DNA of 32,000 nucleotides from Aliivibrio fischeri ES114 (GTDB lineage Bacteria; Pseudomonadota; Gammaproteobacteria; Enterobacterales; Vibrionaceae): NCBI RefSeq assembly GCF_000011805.1, contig NC_006841.2; one strand, 5' to 3'. Shown piece by piece: positions 25,203 to 32,000 of this stretch (position 1 is its first letter; each line of letters starts with the position of its first letter). The notes under the pieces were generated by a model. It saw only the letters and a program-made list of their open reading frames with translations, ran no database searches and was not told where the DNA came from. The position numbers and the translations under genes were made by a program.

Positions 25203-26086
25203 TGAACCGCCTTACTTAACTCTTGCAGTGATGACAATAGATCTTCTAATACGGGGCCAAATGCGTGACGCCGAGAGACTAAGCAACCCATAGGCGTTAA
25301 CCAACCATGAAACTCATGAGCAATCGGCAGCGCAACTAACTTTTTCTCCTCAATGAAACTTGTCACCGAATGCTCTGGAACGATAGTCCAACCCACACCA
25401 CGGCACGCTAACTCGATTAAGGCTTGATGGGTATTGGCATACCATAATTTTGAACTGATCCCATAACTGAACCACAACTCTTTCCCCTTAGAGCTACGAT
25501 GCACTAACTGTCGATGTCCTTTCAATGCCGCATCATTCACCATTGGTAAAGCCGCTAATTCATGATCTGGCGCAGCCACAGTAAGAAAACGTATTTGTCC
25601 TAAGGTGAAAAAATCCATATCAACTTTAAGCTCGCCATCAGCATAAACAATACCTACTTGTGCTTTTCCCTTTCTAACCAGATCTTCAACATCAAAGGTT
25701 GAGGTCGTAATAATTTCAACATCGGTAACGGGAAACTTATCCGCCAATGTCGCTAAAATTTGCAATAAATCATCATTAATTAAGCTCTCATCAATCGCAA
25801 TAACCAACTCATATTCATGCTCTCTTTCTAACGACTCAACCTTTTGATCAAAGTATTTCTGTTGGTGCAAAATAGACTGAGCAATCGGCAATAAAGCCTT
25901 ACCCTTCTCTGTCAGTACTGGCGTATTTTTCTCACGATTAAACAGCTCTTGGTTAATCGAGATTTCTAAATTAGCAATGGCCTGACTCACACCTGATTGA
26001 GCACGTTTTAATTGGCGAGCCGCAGCCGAGAAAGAACCGCATTCACATACGGTGACAAAAATTTTTAATTGCTCAAAACTGTACAT
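25199..26086 (-). CDS. LysR-family transcriptional regulator (AceR-like by context)
   Basis: N-terminal HTH FSAAARQLKRAQSGVSQAIANLEISINQELFNRE plus a LysR substrate-binding domain. It is divergent from a PACE-family transporter gene. Confidence 0.9.
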   Translation of the reverse strand: MYSFEQLKIFVTVCECGSFSAAARQLKRAQSGVSQAIANLEISINQELFNREKNTPVLTEKGKALLPIAQSILHQQKYFDQKVESLEREHEYELVIAIDESLINDDLLQILATLADKFPVTDVEIITTSTFDVEDLVRKGKAQVGIVYADGELKVDMDFFTLGQIRFLTVAAPDHELAALPMVNDAALKGHRQLVHRSSKGKELWFSYGISSKLWYANTHQALIELACRGVGWTIVPEHSVTSFIEEKKLVALPIAHEFHGWLTPMGCLVSRRHAFGPVLEDLLSSLQELSKAVH

Positions 26087-26123
26087 AACATTTAGCTCAA
26101 GTAAGTAGACCTGCGCTTAAGCT

Positions 26124-26176
26124 ATCACGATTTGTGATGGCTGTTAACTTTATCTCTTTTACTCACTCTTTATAAT
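26124..26176 (+). promoter_or_regulatory. LysR-type operator (T-N11-A dyad) plus a -10 box in the divergent intergenic region
   Basis: ATCAC-GATTT-GTGAT is a perfect dyad at 26124-26138 and contains T-N11-A (26125-26137). TATAAT lies at 26171-26176, 47 nt before ATG 26223. Confidence 0.45.
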
Positions 26177-26222
26177 CGCGCTTCTTTATTTTAGAACAAC
26201 CCCATTTTTTGAGAATACACCA

Positions 26223-26693
26223 ATGAAGATGAAAACCAATGAGCGCATTTTTCACGCCGTTTTATTTGAAGTATTAGCTGTTAGCTTATCTATTATTGGA
26301 CTAGCTATTTTTACTGATCATGATGTTACGGCACTATCAGGAACCATGATAGTCGTTGCTACTATCGCCATGATTTGGAATTTCATTTATAACTGGATTT
26401 TTGATCAATTCTTCACTGGTGAAAAAACACAACGCACACTGTCATTACGTATTTTCCACGTTACCTTATTTGAGTTAGGCTTGCTGTTTATCACTGTGCC
26501 GGTAATGGCTTACTTATTAAGCGTTGGGATTTGGGAAGCCTTTATGATGGATATCGGCGTAACTATCTTTATCACCATTTACGCCTTTGCGTTTAACCTT
26601 ATATACGACAACGTAAGAGCGCTATTAGTAAAAAAATGGCGAGAGATGAGTCAGTCACAGCGTGATAGATTAGATGTGATTATAGAGAGTTAG
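26223..26693 (+). CDS. PACE-family (AceI-like, bacterial transmembrane pair) efflux transporter
   Basis: Two tandem BTP repeats, each beginning R(I)FHAVLFE / RIFHVTLFE and followed by two TM helices. Size is about 150 aa. The divergent LysR partner matches the aceR-aceI arrangement. Confidence 0.8.
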   Translation: MKMKTNERIFHAVLFEVLAVSLSIIGLAIFTDHDVTALSGTMIVVATIAMIWNFIYNWIFDQFFTGEKTQRTLSLRIFHVTLFELGLLFITVPVMAYLLSVGIWEAFMMDIGVTIFITIYAFAFNLIYDNVRALLVKKWREMSQSQRDRLDVIIES

Positions 26694-26697
26694 ATAG

Positions 26698-26733
26698 TAA
26701 ACAACCCGCTAATTGGCGGGTTGTTTATTTTTT
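26698..26733 (+). terminator. Rho-independent terminator
   Basis: aaacaacccgc pairs with gcgggttgttt (26716-26726) around the 6-nt loop taattg, followed by atttttt. Confidence 0.85.
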
Positions 26734-26762
26734 AGTTGCTCGGCATCTGAACTGAATTATTT

Positions 26763-27101
26763 TCAGTCCATTCGAGTAATAAAGGTTTGCTCGTCATCCA
26801 CAAAAGCCACAAAGCCACCGTGATAGATAAATACTCTACCACGCCCCTCAACTAGGCAAGCAAGCTGTGGAAGCAAATCTTCTTCGTTATTCTGACGTTG
26901 ATATGTACCTGTATCAGTAATAACACCACTGAGTGTAGGCAAATACCCATAAGTACGCTTGGCTTGATCAATCAGACTCAATTCGCTGGCAATAGAGAAG
27001 CAAGATGGAATCGCACCGGCCTCTTCGATAAACATGGGTTTCAATTCTTCAAAAGCTGTAATCACCAGCCAGTCGATGTCGTTAACATGATGGATAAACA
27101 T
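26763..27101 (-). CDS. Hypothetical protein (112 aa)
   Basis: An ORF with flank-like composition and no motif I recognise. The overlapping + strand ORF 26898-27218 looks like a shadow ORF. Confidence 0.5.
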   Translation of the reverse strand: MFIHHVNDIDWLVITAFEELKPMFIEEAGAIPSCFSIASELSLIDQAKRTYGYLPTLSGVITDTGTYQRQNNEEDLLPQLACLVEGRGRVFIYHGGFVAFVDDEQTFITRMD

Positions 27102-27308
27102 AGGATTTCTCGGTTATTCTGGTGCGAAGATATTATCATTATTAGGAGAGAGCGTAGTAAATATTTAATTAACAGTGGGACACTCGTAATCGCTGTCAAG
27201 ACGAAGCTAAATTCGTAAAACTACTAAACATTAATTTTGAACAACAAACACAAGATTAACGCCATAAGTTAATATTCAACTTATGGCATTTAATTGCGCT
27301 TGGCATAC

Positions 27309-27788
27309 TTACTCGTGACTAAAACGCTGTCTTGTCACTATGCCCCATTGCGGGTCATCTAATGTATCTTCTTGGTAGCCTTGTTTAATATTATTCTCAG
27401 TGGTGTAAGTACCTACTACATCGCGCCAAAATTTAACCGCGTGATCAGCGCCTTCAACTTGCTTCATCTCCCACGAACCACCTAATTGCTTAAATAGCGT
27501 TGAGATAAAAGATTTACCTACTTGGTTCTTTCTAAAGAATGGTACAACATAAAAATCGCACACTTCAAAATGATTATTCGTTTCATTTGCAATTGCTGTA
27601 TGCCCTGCTGGTACACCATCAACATAAAGTAAGTAGCCACTTACTTTTCCGCCAAGCTCGGTATCTAAAGGGAATACACCATTATCATCTGGCTTTTTCT
27701 GCATAATTTTTGAAAACTCAGCCTCATAAGCTTGAGCTAAGTTCATATAAACATGTTGATTACTGCTGTCTACTTTAACTATCTTCAT
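27309..27788 (-). CDS. GNAT-family N-acetyltransferase
   Basis: 159 aa with the acetyl-CoA motif FFRKNQVGKSFISTLF after a beta strand (VCDFYVVP). Confidence 0.75.
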   Translation of the reverse strand: MKIVKVDSSNQHVYMNLAQAYEAEFSKIMQKKPDDNGVFPLDTELGGKVSGYLLYVDGVPAGHTAIANETNNHFEVCDFYVVPFFRKNQVGKSFISTLFKQLGGSWEMKQVEGADHAVKFWRDVVGTYTTENNIKQGYQEDTLDDPQWGIVTRQRFSHE

Positions 27789-28169
27789 AGCACCTTCTCT
27801 TTTAATGCAAAAACAAATTAGAAACGCGAAAATAATATCATAAAGATAGTACTCTACTTTTACTCTTCACTATTAAAAGCCCAATATCAGCAAAAATGCA
27901 ATTACGGTAAAAACAACAAAGAAAAAGAACATTTACCTACATATTCACTCACTGCAGTTCAATCTACCAGTAAGCCACCACATACAACTTATCAATCTAA
28001 GAAACAACTGGTTACATATATTTCTCATTTGCGAGATAAATACGGTGCGTTGCTGATATTTCCAGTATAGAATCCCCGCTCAATGTCCAGTCTGTGTATT
28101 CGTAGAACCTTTTCTGACAAAGTAAGGGAATGCTGAACACAATAGATTTGTGATAAATGGACGCTGGCC

Positions 28170-28197
28170 AAATAGAGATAAAAATAAATCTCTATTT
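28170..28197. promoter_or_regulatory. 10-bp inverted repeat upstream of the carbamate kinase start
   Basis: aaatagagat (28170-28179) pairs with atctctattt (28188-28197) around an 8-nt loop. No T tract follows, so it is more likely an operator or leader structure than a terminator. Confidence 0.3.
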
Positions 28198-28236
28198 AGC
28201 GATAACAGCACTAATGTGGCATTGAGAAAATTTAAA

Positions 28237-29220
28237 ATGAGTCGTACAACAATGAAACCAACAATTGTTATTGCCCTAGGTGGCAATGCACTATTGCGTC
28301 GTGGTCAGGTTCTTTCTTATGAAAATCAACTTGAAAACGTAAAGGTAGCGGCAGAATCTATTGCGAAATTAAGCAAAGAGTACCGTATTGCTATTGTTCA
28401 TGGAAATGGCCCACAAGTTGGTTTATTAAGCCAACAAAATGATGCCTTTGATGCTGTTCCTTCTTATCCTCTTAGTTGTTTAGTTGCCGAATCTCAAGGG
28501 ATGATAGCAACCATGCTTGCACAAGAATTACGTAATCGTGTTGATTGTAACGTAACGACAATTCTTACCCATGTCGATGTTGATAAAGCCGACCCCGCTT
28601 TTAATGACCCAACCAAGTTCATTGGCCAAGTGTATTCTGAAAAAGAAGCGTACGATCTTACTGAAGAGTTTGGCTGGTCTATTCGCCAAGATGGTGACTA
28701 CTTTAGACGCGTTGTTGCTTCCCCTGCTCCTAAAAACATCCGTGAGAGTGAATTAATTTCATTGGCTTTGCAGCACGATAATATTGTTATATGTTGCGGC
28801 GGAGGTGGTATTCCTGTTTGTACTGACAACCACGGCATCACTACAAATATCGATTGTGTTATTGATAAAGACTCAACGGCATCGTTACTTTCTCAGCAGA
28901 TCTCAGCTGACTACTTCTTAATTTTGACCGATGGTGATGGGGTATTTTTCCATTACGGCAAGCCAAACCAAATCAAACTAGACATTGCGACTACCGAAGA
29001 ATTAAAAGGCTACTCTTTTGATAAAGGCTCTATGCAGCCAAAAATTGATTCGATGATCAACTACGTTGAAAATGTCGATATCTCTATCGGTATCATTGCA
29101 GATTTGCACTTAGCTTTAGATGCGCTAAATGGCACGGCTGGTACAAAAATTGTAAAAAATAAGTTTTATAATGACTCTATTTCTCATCAACAAAATGATG
29201 GCGAATTAACACCAGCATAA
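28237..29220 (+). CDS. arcC: Carbamate kinase
   Basis: KPTIVIALGGNALLRRGQ…IAIVHGNGPQVG…CCGGGGIPV are carbamate kinase signatures. The ORF-track start at 28150 adds an implausible leader. ATG 28237 or ATG 28252 (MKPTIVIALGGNAL) is the likely start. Confidence 0.85.
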   Translation: MSRTTMKPTIVIALGGNALLRRGQVLSYENQLENVKVAAESIAKLSKEYRIAIVHGNGPQVGLLSQQNDAFDAVPSYPLSCLVAESQGMIATMLAQELRNRVDCNVTTILTHVDVDKADPAFNDPTKFIGQVYSEKEAYDLTEEFGWSIRQDGDYFRRVVASPAPKNIRESELISLALQHDNIVICCGGGGIPVCTDNHGITTNIDCVIDKDSTASLLSQQISADYFLILTDGDGVFFHYGKPNQIKLDIATTEELKGYSFDKGSMQPKIDSMINYVENVDISIGIIADLHLALDALNGTAGTKIVKNKFYNDSISHQQNDGELTPA

Positions 29221-29239
29221 TGGTTCGATGAGAAAACCA

Positions 29240-29269
29240 AAAGCCCTAACGTGTTGTTAGGGCTTTTTA
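29240..29269. terminator. Bidirectional rho-independent terminator between convergent genes
   Basis: aagccctaac (29241-29250) pairs with gttagggctt (29256-29265) around a 5-nt loop. It is flanked by an A-rich stretch (aaaaccaaaa) upstream and ttttt downstream. Confidence 0.85.
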
Positions 29270-29295
29270 ATATCGAGTATGCGATAAGTAAACGC

Positions 29296-30093
29296 TTACA
29301 ACACTTGCTCTTTAATCACGGTAAATACCCCTGCATCTTTATTACTTGGAGCCATAAAGCGTGCTGTCTCTTTTACTTTTTGATGTGCATTTTCCATCGC
29401 ATAAGAGTAATAACTCTCTTGCAGCATTTCTAAATCATTTAAGTAATCACCAAAGCTCATTGTTTCTTCAAAACTAAAGTCCAGTGTGTTTTGTAGATGT
29501 TTGATTGCAGCTCCTTTAGAAGCAACCACATTCATTACATCAAGCCAGATCTTAGCACTCACCACCACTTGATGACTCTCACCAAAGTTAGCATCAAAAG
29601 ATGGGAAAACGAACTCTTCAGTTCCATCAAAATGACAAATCGCTACTTTAATAAACTCGTCATCTACCGCAAGTAAGTCTTCGACATATTCACAACGCTG
29701 GTAATATTTTGAAAATTCAGCCAGTGCTTTTGGATCTTGTGTTTCAATGTATGCTGAACGTTTGCCACAAAGCACAATGTGTGTACCTTCAATCGCACGA
29801 GCAGTTTTAATGATATTGATTACCGATGGCGTATCCATTGAACAGCTATAAAGTTCTTCACCGGGATACATCACTAACGTGCCATTTTCAGCAATAAACA
29901 TCATGCGATCTTTTACTGGCTCAAACGTTTCTAACAAGCTGTAGTATTGACGCCCAGAGGCAGCGGCAAAAATGATGTTTTTATCTTCTAATTGCTGATA
30001 AAGATCGAAAAAACTTGGATCTAATTCGCTATGTTCATTAAGCAGTGTGCCGTCCATATCAGCAGCAATAAATTTTACGTTATGTTTTTGCAT
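29296..30093 (-). CDS. Cof-type HAD-IIB family phosphatase
   Basis: Motif I FIAADMDGTLL, the cap region, and motif IV SFGDYLNDLEML. Confidence 0.85.
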   Translation of the reverse strand: MQKHNVKFIAADMDGTLLNEHSELDPSFFDLYQQLEDKNIIFAAASGRQYYSLLETFEPVKDRMMFIAENGTLVMYPGEELYSCSMDTPSVINIIKTARAIEGTHIVLCGKRSAYIETQDPKALAEFSKYYQRCEYVEDLLAVDDEFIKVAICHFDGTEEFVFPSFDANFGESHQVVVSAKIWLDVMNVVASKGAAIKHLQNTLDFSFEETMSFGDYLNDLEMLQESYYSYAMENAHQKVKETARFMAPSNKDAGVFTVIKEQVL

Positions 30094-30189
30094 TAATTGG
30101 TACTCAGAGATAATTTAAATTCAATAAACACCCAGAAGTATATACTGTTCAGGACGTTACACCGAACAACTCCACCGTAAAATGAGAGG

Positions 30190-31152
30190 CTACTGCCCCT
30201 TTTTTACTGGATATAAAGAGGCAAAATTTGGGATATGTTGCTCCCAAAGAGGAGGATGACCAATATGCTTTTGCACGGCACTAATGAACTCTCTAACCAA
30301 TGCGGTCTGTTTTCGATGCGGATAAAGTGCGTATATTGCTAAGCCTTGATTACATAATGGGTAATCCGTAAGTAACGTTGTTAATCCCATGCTTTCGATA
30401 GAACGCTCAAGGTTTGATGAAGCCACCACGGCATAACCTAAACCATCTTGAACGGCTGACAATAAGGTTCGAACATCATTTACCTTATAATTACCTTTCA
30501 TTTTATAGCTTTTAAATTGAGATGAATCTGGGCTTTCACCTAATCGAACGGTATCTACCGTTAATGTGCCATTGCTGTAAATAACAGAGGGTAAGTTTAC
30601 CAATTCTTCTGGTGTACTTGGCTCTCCAAAGCGTTCAATAAGTGAATGTGAAGCGAGGATCACCCCTCGAATATCTGCCACTTTTTTCGCTATCAAACTT
30701 GAATCATCTAATCGACCTAATCGAAAAGCGACATCAAAGTGCTCTGAAATGATATCGGAGCGCTTATCATCCATCATCAGAACTACCTCAACATCTGGAT
30801 AAGTGGTCATAAACTGACTAATAACAGGTTGTAAATACCCTTGCCCAATATGCAATGGAGCTGTAATTCTAATTCGCCCTTTTGGTACTGCTTGATATGA
30901 GTCTGCAATGGATTTCACGTTATCTAATGAGCCAACTAACTGATACGCTTGCTCTAAGATCTCTTCGCCTGCTGGTGTTAATGAGAAAGTACGAGTCGAG
31001 CGGTTAAGTAACTGAACACCTAGCTCTGCTTCTAATTTTTTGATCTGTTTTGAAAGCGCAGAATTATCCATATCATGCAATGCGGCCGCTTTAGTGAATG
31101 AGCCTTGTTGCACCACATCGATAAATAGAGAAAGTTGATTAACCAGAGACAT
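30190..31152 (-). CDS. LysR-family transcriptional regulator
   Basis: HTH FTKAAALHDMDNSALSKQIKKLEAELGVQLLNRSTR plus the C-terminal effector domain. Confidence 0.9.
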   Translation of the reverse strand: MSLVNQLSLFIDVVQQGSFTKAAALHDMDNSALSKQIKKLEAELGVQLLNRSTRTFSLTPAGEEILEQAYQLVGSLDNVKSIADSYQAVPKGRIRITAPLHIGQGYLQPVISQFMTTYPDVEVVLMMDDKRSDIISEHFDVAFRLGRLDDSSLIAKKVADIRGVILASHSLIERFGEPSTPEELVNLPSVIYSNGTLTVDTVRLGESPDSSQFKSYKMKGNYKVNDVRTLLSAVQDGLGYAVVASSNLERSIESMGLTTLLTDYPLCNQGLAIYALYPHRKQTALVREFISAVQKHIGHPPLWEQHIPNFASLYPVKKGQ

Positions 31153-31344
31153 ACCTTTACCTAAAACACCCGTCGATTTGATTTAAAGTGAAACCAATCC
31201 AAATACATTGTGATATTAAACCTTAATTTTAGTGCGAATACGAAAATTATTCAGACTATTCGGTTATGGTACGTATAAAAAAGGAGCCACGAAGGCCCCT
31301 TTGAATTTATATTTAATCGCTTAATGCGTTAGCTTCTTGCCAAA

Positions 31345-32000
31345 TTACTCATCGTCTAAAGGAATAAGTTTGGTGCTTCCGCCGTGCAGCTTTTCACGAC
31401 GACGTTGTACCATTGCATAGAAGCCAGGGATAAGTAGCGTACCCACTAATAACACACACAGTAGGCCACCAATCAACGACACACCCAATGAGTTTTGGCT
31501 GATGTAGCCTGCACCCGATGCAAACACAAGCGGTAAGATACCCAAGATAAACGACCACGATGTCATGTTTACCGCACGGAATCGTAATCGACCACCGTTT
31601 ACTGACGCATCATCTAAGCCCACTTCTTTCTCTTCACGCTCATTTTTCGCAAATTCAACAATCAAAATGGCATTTTTGGCGGCCAATGCGATTAAAAGAA
31701 CCAAACCAATTTGTGCGTATAAATTCAACGGCATCCCCGTTAAATTAAGCGCAAGGAAGGAGCCAAAGGTTGCCACTGGCACCACAAGAATAATCGCAAG
31801 AGGAATACTCCAACTCTCGTATTGTGCCACCATGAATAGATAGATAAAGATCAGCGCTAGCGCAAACGCATAAATCGCTTGGTTACCCGCTTTCACTTCT
31901 TGATACGCCATACCAGTCCATTCATATTGGTAACCATGTGGAAGCACTTCAGCTGCAACACGTTCCATCGCTGCAATGGCATCACCACTTGAATACCCAG
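31345..32000 (-). CDS. RND efflux pump inner-membrane subunit (AcrB/MexB-like), C-terminal part truncated by the window edge
   Basis: The frame stays open past the listed Met to base 32000 (…[34 protein letters not shown]…). It covers TM helices 7-12 with the typical [10 protein letters not shown] and a C-terminal RRREK tail. Confidence 0.88.
   Translation of the reverse strand, partial: GYSSGDAIAAMERVAAEVLPHGYQYEWTGMAYQEVKAGNQAIYAFALALIFIYLFMVAQYESWSIPLAIILVVPVATFGSFLALNLTGMPLNLYAQIGLVLLIALAAKNAILIVEFAKNEREEKEVGLDDASVNGGRLRFRAVNMTSWSFILGILPLVFASGAGYISQNSLGVSLIGGLLCVLLVGTLLIPGFYAMVQRRREKLHGGSTKLIPLDDE

Noticed and set aside
217-31843. Other antisense or overlapping ORFs from the track (217-492, 2457-2666, 5217-5450, 21173-21364, 24914-25138, 26898-27218, 28080-28286, 28571-28756, 29251-29433, 31560-31748, 31565-31843)
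   Set aside because: Each lies wholly within or opposite a well-supported gene with recognisable family motifs, and their translations look non-protein-like.

Overview
The window looks like a gamma-proteobacterial chromosome, Vibrionaceae-like judging by gene content and codon feel; I cannot verify this without a search. It has two ordinary flanks and one AT-rich accessory island. Left flank (1-4666): the tail of an upstream ORF, a MarR-type regulator, and an ectA-ectB-ectC-ask ectoine operon. Right flank (25199-32000): a LysR plus PACE/AceI-like pair, a hypothetical protein, a GNAT acetyltransferase, an orphan carbamate kinase, a Cof-type HAD phosphatase, a second LysR, and the 3' end of an RND pump. 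The island (about 4.67-25.2 kb, roughly 20.5 kb) has no integrase, transposase or tRNA. It encodes: (i) an AraC-type regulator; (ii) at least nine RebB-family ('killing trait', R-body) small proteins, six of them tandem near-identical paralogs (20721-22635), plus two accessory reb modules at opposite ends of the island; (iii) one uninterrupted 11,415-nt ORF (3804 aa) with the layout of a giant AB-type toxin: helical N-terminal region, a duplicated module, an Ala-rich hydrophobic translocation-like segment, a duplicated papain-like domain, a clan-CD His/Cys pair and a PMT-C3/SseI-like Cys-His-Asp triad; (iv) an IncFII-RepA-like protein, a polytopic membrane protein, a membrane-anchored protein with an RNNNPLNIR motif, and a 215-aa unknown. 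My main hypothesis is that this is an R-body cassette physically coupled to a giant multi-domain toxin, that is, a candidate R-body-delivered toxin system. All homology calls rest on motif recognition from memory, not on searches.
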